DNA of 64,000 nt from Thermodesulfobacteriota bacterium (GTDB lineage: Bacteria; Desulfobacterota_D; UBA1144; Nemesobacterales; JAJCZQ01). Positions 1-9,218 of the stretch are shown in pieces. Under the pieces are notes generated by a model that was not told where the DNA came from, did not search any database, and saw only the letters and a program-made list of their open reading frames with translations. The translations under genes and the position numbers were made by a program. Numbering within the stretch: the first letter of the stretch is position 1; each line of letters opens with the position of its first letter. The DNA lies in assembly GCA_965203965.1 (NCBI GenBank), contig CBDBDR010000017.1, positions 32,001-96,000 of the forward strand. Reading direction: 5' to 3'.

Positions 1-1170
1 CTTATGGTTGAAGTATTTGCGGAGTGGTTTTAGTTCTAAATTGCTGATATGTCCTATAAGGTTAGACAAATTTTCAATATTCAATCCCTGAAAACCCCCC
101 GATTGTAATTGTTCGCAAAATTTTTTCAGATAGCTATGTGTATGATTCTTCCTTTCAAGAACGGTTTTGACTTCTTCAAAATACTTGCTGCGATGGCGTC
201 CACCCGACTCAAGTTCGCTATAAATTTTGTGAATGGTAAAAGCAAGATGGTGCAGGTGGGTTTGTATGTTTGGACTCTCAGATTCAGAGTCATAAAATTT
301 AGCATCTTCCATATCAAAGTCTTCGGCATTGAAATTCCAATCTGACTCTTTCAGTTCGTTCTTTTCTTTCAAATCCGGTAAGCTTCCTATAATTTTCTTT
401 GCTGTTTCAGGTTTTTTCTCATTCAAGTATTTGACCATATCAAATTTGGTTTCCGAAAGATTATTGGGTAAACCATGAATTCCGCTTTCTATCCAATTCT
501 TCAATACCCATCTGGGCAATTGCGACAAGTTAACTTTTTTCTCTTCAGGAATATTCTCACCTTTTTCGCGTGTTGAACAATATTTACGCAATTTTTCTGT
601 TTTAGAAATGTAACAAAGCCTTTTACGGATTCTTTGGGGTTCCTGATTGAGGGATTTAAACAAAGGTTTGATTTTGTCTTTCCCTTCATTTGACCACTCA
701 GTCAAAGCATTGGCAAAATCGTAGTCGTTTTCGCTTTCTGCTATCTCTTGCTTCAATTCTTGCTTCAATTTATCGGGCAGTTTACCAAAGGCCTCCCGAG
801 GAAACTTGCTCAATATGTCAGTACTATATTGTTCCGTTAAAAAGTTGAACCCGCGGCGATTGAGTAAAAAACTGATGGTTTGTTGGATGTCTTTGTCCCA
901 AGGCAGTTTGAAATGCTTATACCAAACCAACTTAAACAGCCGCTTTGCCATCTGTCTGCGGTCATACCCACGTTTCTGATGTCGCTTGTCCGTGCGATTA
1001 ACCATCAGGTAGGTGTAACTATTGTTATCCAGTTGATAGACTTTGCCTGTCTTTATTTCCGGCCTCTTGAAAACGTCCAACTCACTCCCCGCAGGATAAT
1101 GAGCAAAATACACGCCGGTGTTTTTGGCGCCGAGGTCAATAGCGATTGGGCTGATGAATTTCTTGTTCAT
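1..1170 (-). CDS. cas9: Type II-B CRISPR-associated endonuclease Cas9 (Csx12/FnCas9-like), N-terminal 390 aa, truncated by window edge
   Basis: Manual translation from ATG at 1170 with no in-frame stop to base 1: MNKKFISPIAIDLGAKNTGVY (RuvC-I, D12), YTYLMVNRTDKRHQKRGYDRRQMAKRLFKLVW (Arg-rich bridge helix), ISFLLNRRGF, DWNFN, THLHHLAF, ELESGGRHRSKYF, LIGHISNLELKPLRKYFN. These blocks match Francisella novicida Cas9 as I recall it. Missed by the ORF track because the stop is outside the window. Confidence 0.96.
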   Translation of the reverse strand, partial: MNKKFISPIAIDLGAKNTGVYFAHYPAGSELDVFKRPEIKTGKVYQLDNNSYTYLMVNRTDKRHQKRGYDRRQMAKRLFKLVWYKHFKLPWDKDIQQTISFLLNRRGFNFLTEQYSTDILSKFPREAFGKLPDKLKQELKQEIAESENDYDFANALTEWSNEGKDKIKPLFKSLNQEPQRIRKRLCYISKTEKLRKYCSTREKGENIPEEKKVNLSQLPRWVLKNWIESGIHGLPNNLSETKFDMVKYLNEKKPETAKKIIGSLPDLKEKNELKESDWNFNAEDFDMEDAKFYDSESESPNIQTHLHHLAFTIHKIYSELESGGRHRSKYFEEVKTVLERKNHTHSYLKKFCEQLQSGGFQGLNIENLSNLIGHISNLELKPLRKYFNHK

Positions 1171-1259
1171 AAAAAATCTCTTTTCACTTTTGTAAAAACA
1201 TAAGGGACTAAGACATCGCCTGTACAGTCCGGTTAATTTATATGGGATAAGAATTTAAT

Positions 1260-1281
1260 TCAAGATTGCAAACAATCTTGA
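1260..1281. repeat. Perfect inverted repeat (9-bp stem, 4-nt loop) upstream of cas9
   Basis: tcaagattg-caaa-caatcttga; a further tcaagatt copy lies near 1386-1393. Confidence 0.6.
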
Positions 1282-1449
1282 TCCGACCATTAAAACTTTC
1301 CTCAAATTCCATAATATAACAATCTAAAGAGACGTCCAGATGGTGAGTTGAACGGTGGTCTGTAGGTGTAAATCTGGGGTTATAATCAAGATTTCATCCA
1401 AACCGTGTCATTAAAAAATAAAGAGAGAGGGTCACACGTTAATATAATT

Positions 1450-2385
1450 TTACTTACTGAATTCGGGTATCACTTCCCTTGCAAACAGTTCAAGAGTTTC
1501 CTTATTCATAACGTCTGAAAAAAAGATCGTGTATTTTGTTATGCCTTTTTCCAGATTGGCTTTTATTTTTTCAATACATTGATCTGGTGTTCCAACTATG
1601 CCCAGTTTTTCCACGTCCCCAAAAAAATTGTATCTGCGTTGAGCTTTTTCAAGTTTTTCTGCAAGTTCATCTTCTTTGTTGACCAGCACACATACGGTTT
1701 GTTGCGATAAACGTATTTCACTGATATCTCTCTTTACATTTTCACAGTGCCGCCTTAATGCGAGATATTTTCTATCAAATTCAAGTGCGTGAGTAGCGGG
1801 GCAGTTCCATTCGTCTGCAACTTCGGCAACAACTTTTAACAGATTATTTTCCCCAGCTCCCCCAACTATAATGGGAACGTGGGGTTTTTGAACGGGTTTG
1901 GGGTTACACAATGCACCTTTTATTTCGTAGTGTTTTCCTTTATAGCTTGCTTCTTCCTCTGTCCATAACAGTTTTAATATATCAACGGACTCCTTGAGCA
2001 TCTCTATTCTGGTTTTTGCATCTGGGAAATCGTAACCGTATGCTTTGAACTCTTCTTCAAACCAACCAGCACCGAGGGCAAATTCAACCCTGCCACCTGA
2101 TATGTTATCAAGAGTTGCCGCCATTTTGGCAAGCAGAGGAGGGTGTCTAAAACTGTTGCATAAAACCATTGTTCCGATCCTGATACGCTCAGTAACTGAA
2201 GAAAGAGCAGACATAAGAGTCCAAGGCTCTAGAATGTCAATACCTATTACGCCCTGCCCGAGAACGTGGTCATAAAACCATACGGAGTCATAGCCTGATT
2301 TTTCACAAAACTTTGCTACTTCCCGTATATCGGGGAAATCAATCTTCTGCTGTCTAAGCATAACTCCAAATTCAACTTTGCTCAT
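1450..2385 (-). CDS. LLM-class (luciferase-like) oxidoreductase, probably F420-dependent
   Basis: WFYDH, EPWTLMSAL, RHPPLLAKMAATLDNISGGR, GAGW, PKPVQKPH motifs. Confidence 0.85.
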   Translation of the reverse strand: MSKVEFGVMLRQQKIDFPDIREVAKFCEKSGYDSVWFYDHVLGQGVIGIDILEPWTLMSALSSVTERIRIGTMVLCNSFRHPPLLAKMAATLDNISGGRVEFALGAGWFEEEFKAYGYDFPDAKTRIEMLKESVDILKLLWTEEEASYKGKHYEIKGALCNPKPVQKPHVPIIVGGAGENNLLKVVAEVADEWNCPATHALEFDRKYLALRRHCENVKRDISEIRLSQQTVCVLVNKEDELAEKLEKAQRRYNFFGDVEKLGIVGTPDQCIEKIKANLEKGITKYTIFFSDVMNKETLELFAREVIPEFSK

Positions 2386-2464
2386 ACTAAATTCTTAAAA
2401 TCATTTTGAAAATCAACCTTTATGATACATTATATTCTTAATAGTATGAAAGGAGATAGTTGAT

Positions 2465-3097
2465 ATGAATGGCTTTTTTGATAAATACGTTAGGGTGATC
2501 TTAATACTGATGGTTATCGCGATACCTGTTACTTTATCGGCTTCCGATAAAAAAGAAAAAGGATTACAAAAATCAAGCAGCAGAGGAGTAAGTTCAATGA
2601 GTCCAGTAGTATTGATCTCAACGGATCTTGGTGATATTAAAATAAAACTGAACAAAGAGAAAGCACCAGTTACGGTGGATAATTTCCTTGCTTATGCTCA
2701 AGAGGGTTTTTATGATGGGGTTATATTTCACAGGGTAATCCCAAATTTTATGATACAGACGGGTGGATTTACCGAAGATATGAAACAGAAGCCGAGCAAA
2801 CAACCGATCAAAAATGAGGCTGATAATGGTCTTTTGAACAAAAAAGGTTCTATTGCCATGGCAAGGACGTCGGATATTAACAGTGCAACGTCACAGTTTT
2901 TTATTAATTTGGTTGACAACACTTTTCTTAATCACGGGCAAAGAGATTTCGGTTATGCGGTATTCGGAGAAGTTGTGGAAGGTATGGACGTGGTTGATAA
3001 AATTGCGGCAGTGGAAACCGGGAAGTCCGGATATCACGGAGATGTGCCTAAAAAACCTATAGCAATGAAATCGGTTAAGGTCGTTAAAGATAAGTAG
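2465..3097 (+). CDS. ppiA: Cyclophilin-type peptidyl-prolyl isomerase with signal peptide
   Basis: [35 protein letters not shown]; hydrophobic N-terminus. Confidence 0.92.
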   Translation: MNGFFDKYVRVILILMVIAIPVTLSASDKKEKGLQKSSSRGVSSMSPVVLISTDLGDIKIKLNKEKAPVTVDNFLAYAQEGFYDGVIFHRVIPNFMIQTGGFTEDMKQKPSKQPIKNEADNGLLNKKGSIAMARTSDINSATSQFFINLVDNTFLNHGQRDFGYAVFGEVVEGMDVVDKIAAVETGKSGYHGDVPKKPIAMKSVKVVKDK

Positions 3098-3127
3098 CCG
3101 TTATTCAAGTTGAACAAATGATATTAA

Positions 3128-4171
3128 GTGCGTAAAGCTACATACAAGAATTCTGGCGTGAACGTTGATGCTGGCAATAAATTTGTGCAGCTTATAAAAC
3201 CGTTAGTTGAATCCACACACAACAAAAACTCCTACACAAAGTTGGGAGGGTTTTCAGGGTCATTTTCTTTACCACGCAAGTATAAAGAGCCTCTGCTTGT
3301 ATCTTCCACCGATGGTGTCGGTACTAAGCTGAAGGTTGCATTTGATACCGGATTGCTTAACACAGTTGGGATAGATCTTGTTGCAATGTCGGTAAACGAT
3401 ATTATTACATCTGGTGCAGAACCGCTTTTTTTTCTTGATTACCTTGCAACTTCCAAATTGATGCCTGATCAACACGTTGAGGTCGTAAAAGGAATTGTGA
3501 ACGGATGTAAGGAGTCTGGGTGTGTACTTTTAGGAGGTGAAACTGCAGAACTACCTGGTTTTTATAAAAAAAATGAGTTTGATCTTGCAGGATTTGCAGT
3601 AGGTATGGTTGAAAAGAGTAGGTTTATTGATGGCAGTAGAGTAAAGCAAGGTGACGTGTTAATAGGTTTAAACTCTTCTGGTCTTCATTCCAATGGCTAC
3701 TCACTTGCAAGGAACGTGTTGTTCAAAAAAGCCCGACTGAAATTAGATCACAAGCCTCGAGGTTTCAGAAAGCCTCTTTACAAAGAGCTTTTGGTACCGA
3801 CGGCAATATACGTCAGACCCGTGCTGGACATTGTAAGCAGATACGAGATAAAGTCCATTGCTCATATTACCGGTGGAGGATTACTTGAGAATATTCCGAG
3901 GGTGATGCCTAAAACTGCAAAGGCAGTAATTGACCAATCTTTGTGGAAGATACCAAAGATAATGGAGTTTATCAAAGAGTTGGGAAATATTGAGCAAGAT
4001 GAGATGTTTAGGACGTTCAACTGTGGTATCGGAATGGTGCTTATAGTATCAGATCATGAGAAAACAAAGGTGTTGAAGAGATTAAGCAAATTAAATCAGG
4101 ACGCTTGCATTATAGGAGAAGTGGTGAAAAATCGTGCAAGGTCTCCACGGATTGATATTTTGGCATGCTGA
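3128..4171 (+). CDS. purM: Phosphoribosylformylglycinamidine cyclo-ligase (AIR synthase)
   Basis: TDGVGTK, GGETAELPG, SGLHSNGYSL, HITGGG, TFNCGIG. Confidence 0.97.
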   Translation: MRKATYKNSGVNVDAGNKFVQLIKPLVESTHNKNSYTKLGGFSGSFSLPRKYKEPLLVSSTDGVGTKLKVAFDTGLLNTVGIDLVAMSVNDIITSGAEPLFFLDYLATSKLMPDQHVEVVKGIVNGCKESGCVLLGGETAELPGFYKKNEFDLAGFAVGMVEKSRFIDGSRVKQGDVLIGLNSSGLHSNGYSLARNVLFKKARLKLDHKPRGFRKPLYKELLVPTAIYVRPVLDIVSRYEIKSIAHITGGGLLENIPRVMPKTAKAVIDQSLWKIPKIMEFIKELGNIEQDEMFRTFNCGIGMVLIVSDHEKTKVLKRLSKLNQDACIIGEVVKNRARSPRIDILAC

Positions 4172-5080
4172 TTACCATAAATAGAAAGATCCTGATAAGC
4201 GATATTCAAAAGAGGCTTTAAAGTGAAGTTTTTCCATTCCGTTCCAGCTTTTTGGGAAGGGGTGATAGAGGGATGCTACCTTTATTGCTCGTTTGGCTTC
4301 GTTGTCAAGGGAATCGTATCCCGAAGACTGTAAGATCTTCAAATCCTCCAGTTCGCCGTTCTTTGATATTGTGAAGATTACGTTCAGTGTTCCATACTCT
4401 CTCCTTATTATTGCTTCTTTTGGATAATGCCATACGCCTTCAATCTGCTTTTTTACTCCAATGAAATACGAATGGTATTTATAGTGAGTTGTGTTCAGAT
4501 CAACTGTGTCTTCTCTATTTTCAAGATGTCTTGCACCTAATTCCGGTTGTTGGGAAGGGATAGATCCAGGTGTTTTGCGGGCAATTTTCTCTTCGGTCTC
4601 GACTGTGTTCTTTTTTGGTATTTCTTCCGTTATTTTAGTTTCATTCCTCAACCACTTCTGTTTTGGAAGGGATGAAAGTACATGTTCCCTTGAAACGTCA
4701 TTGGGTGTTTTTTCGGGATTTTTTATCTGTTTCTTTTCAGGTTGTTTCTTTTGTGTTGCTTTGGTGGGTCTTTTAGAAAGAGCAGGTTTTGACGGGGTAG
4801 TTTTTGATAGTCGGGTAGTTTGGTCAGGAGCAGATTCTTTTTTAGCTTTGTGGTTTTTTTCTGCCAATAGTTTTGAGTCTTTGGGTGGTTCGGTCTCTTC
4901 TTCCTCTAACTCTGTTAATTCAAAGAAATCCGTTTTGGATTTATTTGCAATTTTTGGTTGCAAATCTGGGTAATAGAAAGACAAAACAAATACAAACAGC
5001 AAGTGAATTAAAACAGATATACAAAAAAAGATAAGAGTATCTTTTCTTAATTTTTCACCGTTTCTATAATGCCCATTCAT
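4172..5080 (-). CDS. TonB family energy transducer
   Basis: N-terminal TM with SxxxH, Lys/Pro-rich linker, C-terminal TonB_C (WHYPKEA, SSGYDSLDNEA). Confidence 0.85.
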   Translation of the reverse strand: MNGHYRNGEKLRKDTLIFFCISVLIHLLFVFVLSFYYPDLQPKIANKSKTDFFELTELEEEETEPPKDSKLLAEKNHKAKKESAPDQTTRLSKTTPSKPALSKRPTKATQKKQPEKKQIKNPEKTPNDVSREHVLSSLPKQKWLRNETKITEEIPKKNTVETEEKIARKTPGSIPSQQPELGARHLENREDTVDLNTTHYKYHSYFIGVKKQIEGVWHYPKEAIIRREYGTLNVIFTISKNGELEDLKILQSSGYDSLDNEAKRAIKVASLYHPFPKSWNGMEKLHFKASFEYRLSGSFYLW

Positions 5081-5173
5081 AACTCTATAGTATAAATGAT
5101 AAACACCGGTTTTCTATCAGAAGATATTTGCCCGTTCGAGCTTTTGTGGTGATCGGAGTGAAATTGAAGTTTA

Positions 5174-5755
5174 TTATGTCAGTAATTTATAGATCAAGAT
5201 AGAAGTGATCGTCAAAACGGTAATTATTATGGTTAATGGATTGAAATATTTTTCTATAAAGACCTTTATCTTAGTGCCGAAAAAATAGATAAGTCCAGCT
5301 TCCAGAAAAAACCTTGCAGATCTGCCGATTGCAGACGTCACGATGAGATCAAACAGACTTATTTGGAAGACCCCAGCGGCAACTGTAAATACTTTGTAAG
5401 GGATCGGTGTAAATGCTGCTGTTAATAAAGCTGCAAAAGCGTTTTCATTATAAATTTCCTTTACGTTTAGGAAAAGTTGTTCACTGAAAACATAGTTAAA
5501 GAAAAAACTGTCAACTGTCGGCCATAGAGTTAAGCCGATGAAATAACCCAAAATTGCGCCGAGCACTGAAAAGAACGAGCATATAAATGCAATCTGAAGA
5601 GATTTCTTTGGCTTGCTCAGGCAAATGGTGAGGAGGATAGGGTCGGGTGGGATTGGAAAGATAGATGATTCAAAAAAAGAGACTCCGGCAAGCACGTAAT
5701 GGCTGTGTTTGTGCTCAGCCCAGCGCATTATTTCTTCGTAAAGATGCTTCAACAC
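5174..5755 (-). CDS. YqaA/DedA (VTT domain) membrane protein
   Basis: ESSIFPIPPD, FTPIPYKVF, GRSARFF. Confidence 0.88.
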   Translation of the reverse strand: MLKHLYEEIMRWAEHKHSHYVLAGVSFFESSIFPIPPDPILLTICLSKPKKSLQIAFICSFFSVLGAILGYFIGLTLWPTVDSFFFNYVFSEQLFLNVKEIYNENAFAALLTAAFTPIPYKVFTVAAGVFQISLFDLIVTSAIGRSARFFLEAGLIYFFGTKIKVFIEKYFNPLTIIITVLTITSILIYKLLT

Positions 5756-6510
5756 TACTTCAGTCCATTCATTTTTTCGTTCAATAAATTTAAGTACCCA
5801 TAATCGGTCATGTCTAGCTTTATGGGTGTTATAGATACGTAGCCTTCAACTACTGAAACAATGTCCGATTCTTCTATTTTCAGGTACCCTAACTCATTAC
5901 CGCCGATCCAAAAATACTCTCTTCCTCGTGGGTCTGTTTTCCGCACGACCGGCTCCTCATAGAGCCTTTTCCCCTGTTTGGTTATTTTTATTCCCTTGAC
6001 CTCGTCTACATTCAAGTTCGGGATATTGACGTTCAAAAAAGTTCCATCGGGGAGTCCGTTTGCGATTACGTATTCGGCGATAATTTTTGAATAATATGAA
6101 GCGGTGTCAAATTTGAAGTTGTTTCTTGAAGCCAGAGAAAAAGCGATGGAAGGAACCTTCAGCAGGGTGCCTTCCATCGCGGCGCTTACGGTTCCAGAAT
6201 ACGTTATATCTTCTCCAACGTTAGCTGCCTTATTTATACCAGATACTATCAGGTCAGGTTTTTTATCTTTGAGCAGACCGTTGATGGCAAGATTAATACA
6301 GTCGGTTGGAGTGCCGTCCACGCTGTAAACATTTTCGGCAATCCTGTCTGCTCTTAGGGGTTTGTGTAAGCTGAGAGAATGACTGGAGGCACTCTGATCC
6401 CTATCGGGTGCAACAATAAAAATTTCGGATGCAAGCTCCTTCACTGTTTCTGCAAGAGAGTGCAGTCCTTCGGAATTTATACCATCATCATTGGAGATCA
6501 GTATTTTCAT
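5755..6510 (-). CDS. surE: 5'/3'-nucleotidase SurE
   Basis: ILISNDDG, DGTPTDC, SGIN, YSGTVSAA. Confidence 0.97.
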   Translation of the reverse strand: MKILISNDDGINSEGLHSLAETVKELASEIFIVAPDRDQSASSHSLSLHKPLRADRIAENVYSVDGTPTDCINLAINGLLKDKKPDLIVSGINKAANVGEDITYSGTVSAAMEGTLLKVPSIAFSLASRNNFKFDTASYYSKIIAEYVIANGLPDGTFLNVNIPNLNVDEVKGIKITKQGKRLYEEPVVRKTDPRGREYFWIGGNELGYLKIEESDIVSVVEGYVSITPIKLDMTDYGYLNLLNEKMNGLK

Positions 6511-6794
6511 GGGAACTATGTTAGATATTATGCTTGCTTGATTTTATTTCCAAAGTCAAAAAGATCGTTAAACCAGTATTTCTATAATTTCCTGGAACGT
6601 TCGCTATTTCTCGTCTTGGCTTGAGCAATAGCTTGGTGTTTATTGTAAATTTGTTGTAGGAAAAATTTTTGCTTTCTTTAAAACTTAAACTTTACAATCA
6701 TATTTTACCAGAGCAATCCTATCACCTAAAAATTTGTAAATTATAGGTCAAGATTAAATCCCCGCCATTTGCCGGTAAGTTTTCGAAATGAGTA

Positions 6795-7181
6795 TCATCT
6801 ATGATGTTTTGGAGATATAACTGCACAGTTTTTATAGAATGACTTAATCTTCTTGCGTGTATATTTTGATTTTTCCAGTCCCTCACAGATCAAGCCAATT
6901 AAATTTTTGTTCATATTTCTCTTGTATTCTATTTTGTTGTTGAAATTTTTCTCTAAATCTTTAACGGTCATAATTTGTGCATGTTTATAAACTACATAAC
7001 TGTCGTGCTTTATAAAACCGTGGTCTCTCTTGCCCAGGATACAAGTTTTATCATAATGCCCTGTATCGGGGTTAGAAGATATATTGACCACTATAACGCT
7101 TTCCTTATTTTCATACATACAAGGATTGTTTGCCAGTATAAACAGATGTTTTAAGTCGGGATCGGTCGTGTTGGGTGTTGA
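6795..7181 (-). pseudogene. Probable 5'-truncated PemK/MazF-fold-like mobile-element protein (ORF track 6795..7118)
   Basis: The frame stays open upstream of ATG 7118 (STPNTTDPDLKHLFILANNPC) up to a stop at 7182-7184 beside the tRNA 3' end. HLF...NNPC, VVNISS, TCIL...DHGFIKHDSYVVY resemble a prophage-associated toxin-like family (from memory). Confidence 0.5.
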
Positions 7182-7186
7182 TTATA

Positions 7187-7260
7187 TCGGGATGACTGGA
7201 TTTGAACCAGCGACCGCTCGCCCCCCAGACGAGTGCGCTACCGGACTGCGCCACATCCCG
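7187..7260 (-). tRNA. tRNA-Pro (GGG), CCA not encoded
   Basis: Reverse complement folds as a cloverleaf: acceptor CGGGATG/CATCCCG, D-arm GCGC/GCGC, anticodon loop CT-GGG-GG, T-loop TTCAAAT. Confidence 0.97.
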
Positions 7261-7285
7261 ATCGGTAAACGGTAAAAATAAGACT

Positions 7286-7642
7286 TTATCCAAGTAATTT
7301 TTTTAAATGTTTAAGCTCCGTTAAAAGTTCTTCAATAATGTGCTTGTCGTTGTTTTTTTCCTTATTATCATTTGTTACCGATTTTTCTTTCAGTTTTTTT
7401 TTGGCACCTGCTATGGTGTAGTTTTGTTCATAGAGCATATTTTTAATCTTAAATATTGTATATATGGTTTCTCTATCATAAAGCCTTTGTGATTTTCTGC
7501 GTATTGGTACAATTTCATCAAATTCACTTTCCCAGTATCTCAAAACATAGGGTTTGATCCCCGTGTATTCACTGACTTCGCCGATCCTGAAATATATTTT
7601 ATCCGGTAAATTTAACTTTATATTGTTTGCTCTGTTCAGCAT
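7286..7642 (-). CDS. MerR-family transcriptional regulator
   Basis: PDKIYFRIGEVS...YVLRYWESEF...YTIAGAKK; usual position upstream of tRNA-Pro and surE. Confidence 0.92.
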   Translation of the reverse strand: MLNRANNIKLNLPDKIYFRIGEVSEYTGIKPYVLRYWESEFDEIVPIRRKSQRLYDRETIYTIFKIKNMLYEQNYTIAGAKKKLKEKSVTNDNKEKNNDKHIIEELLTELKHLKKLLG

Positions 7643-7730
7643 AAACGCTTCACCTTTATTTGTTATTTACTGGTTTTATTATACTACATTTGCAGATTTG
7701 TTTAAGCAGTCTTGGAATAAGTGTTTATTG

Positions 7731-8324
7731 TCACCTAACGCCTTTATATGATAAACGATGTATTGGGCATGGACCATACTTCCTTATTGCCTCGTAATGC
7801 TCTTTTGTTGGATAACCTTTATTTTTAGTGAAGTTGTACTGCGGATATTCATTGTGTAGTTCTTCCATTATGCCATCTCTTGTTACTTTGGCAATAATTG
7901 ACGCGGCGGCAATAGATCGGCATTTTTTGTCCCCTTTGATAATTGTTTCTTGTTTTACGTCAATGCTTGTGGCCGTGTTACCGTCGATATAAACTATGTC
8001 AGGCTTTATCTTTAATCTACGAAGTCCAATTTCCATTGCCTTTATTGTGGCATTTAAAATATTTATCTTGTCAATTTCATCATTTTCAACGATACCGACT
8101 GAGTAGTCGCAGTTCTTCTTAATTGCACTGAAAAGTTTTTTTCGCTTTGAACGAGATAATAACTTGGAGTCATCTATACCATCAATTTGTATCGTGGATG
8201 AAAGAATAACACATGCTGCTACAACAGGTCCCGCAAGACAGCCTCTGCCTGCTTCATCCACTCCTACTGGTATTTTCCCGCTCTCCCAAAGTGGTTTTTC
8301 GTATTCGTATCCAGCGATCGACAA
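7731..8324 (-). CDS. rnhB: Ribonuclease HII
   Basis: GVDEAGRGCLAGPV, DDSK, IAAASIIAKVTRD, KGYPT. Confidence 0.97.
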   Translation of the reverse strand: MSIAGYEYEKPLWESGKIPVGVDEAGRGCLAGPVVAACVILSSTIQIDGIDDSKLLSRSKRKKLFSAIKKNCDYSVGIVENDEIDKINILNATIKAMEIGLRRLKIKPDIVYIDGNTATSIDVKQETIIKGDKKCRSIAAASIIAKVTRDGIMEELHNEYPQYNFTKNKGYPTKEHYEAIRKYGPCPIHRLSYKGVR

Positions 8325-8330
8325 TTTATT

Positions 8331-9212
8331 TCAGGTTATAAGTCCGTAGTTCTTCAGTGCGTATTTGAGCTTGTCAAGATTTGTCTTTGACATTTCACAC
8401 AGTGGAAGTCTGAACTCCAACTCAATTTTATCCATCAGGGACAGAGCTCTTTTAACTGGAACGGGGTTTGTTTCCAAAAACAGGGCTTCATTAAGTGCCA
8501 GAAGATTATAATGGATTTTTCTTGCCCCATTAATATCGCCTGATGTGAACTTATTATAGAGTTCTGCAACTTCTTTTGGTGCTACGTTTGCCGTGACCGT
8601 TATAAATCCCTGTCCACCGATCGCGAGGATGGGAAAATTGATAGAGTCATCTCCCGAAAAAAGAGCAAAATCCATTCCACATAAACCGAGTATATTGCTT
8701 GCCTGTGCAAGCGAGCCGCTGGCTTCTTTGATGCCGACTATGGTATTACGACAGCTACTGTAAAGCCTATAAACGGTTTCCGGCTGAATGTTCACCCCTG
8801 TTCTCCCGGGGACGTTGTAGAGTATGAGGGGGATATCAACTTTGTCCGCTACCGCCTTGAAATGCTGGTAGATGCCTTCCTGTGTTGGCTTGTTGTAGTA
8901 GGGTGTTATAAGAAGAGAGGCATCCGCTCCGGCATTTTGGGCAAACTGCGTCAATGTGACTGCTTCTTGGGTGCTGTTTGAACCTGTACCTGCAATCACG
9001 GGAATTCTTTTGTTTACAACGTCAACAGTGAACTTTATGATGTTTTGGTGCTCTACATGAGAAAGTGTGGGTGATTCACCAGTAGTGCCGCATGGAACAA
9101 TTCCGTGAGTTCCATTCTCAATCTGGAACTCAATCAACTTCTCCATTGCAGTTTCATCAAATTTTTTGTCTTTGAACGGTGTAACGATCGCAACGATTGA
9201 GCCTTTAAGCAT
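8331..9212 (-). CDS. dapA: 4-hydroxy-tetrahydrodipicolinate synthase
   Basis: GTTGES, PYYNKP, YNVPGRTG, GIKEASG, ETNPVPVK. Confidence 0.97.
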   Translation of the reverse strand: MLKGSIVAIVTPFKDKKFDETAMEKLIEFQIENGTHGIVPCGTTGESPTLSHVEHQNIIKFTVDVVNKRIPVIAGTGSNSTQEAVTLTQFAQNAGADASLLITPYYNKPTQEGIYQHFKAVADKVDIPLILYNVPGRTGVNIQPETVYRLYSSCRNTIVGIKEASGSLAQASNILGLCGMDFALFSGDDSINFPILAIGGQGFITVTANVAPKEVAELYNKFTSGDINGARKIHYNLLALNEALFLETNPVPVKRALSLMDKIELEFRLPLCEMSKTNLDKLKYALKNYGLIT

Positions 9213-9218
9213 CCGATA

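Noticed and set aside
109..1203. ORF-track calls 109..345, 126..329, 501..689 and 880..1203
   Set aside because: Shadow or off-frame ORFs over the cas9 reading frame.
6711..6740. Faint resemblance to a Legionella-type II-B repeat as I recall it
   Set aside because: Single, partial, AT-rich match with no array or recognisable terminal motif.
7157..7163. tcgggat matching the tRNA 3' end as a possible att duplicate
   Set aside because: Only 7 bp and inside a plausible coding frame; chance is likely.
7084..7293. ORFs 7084..7275 and 7111..7293
   Set aside because: They are translations through the tRNA-Pro gene.
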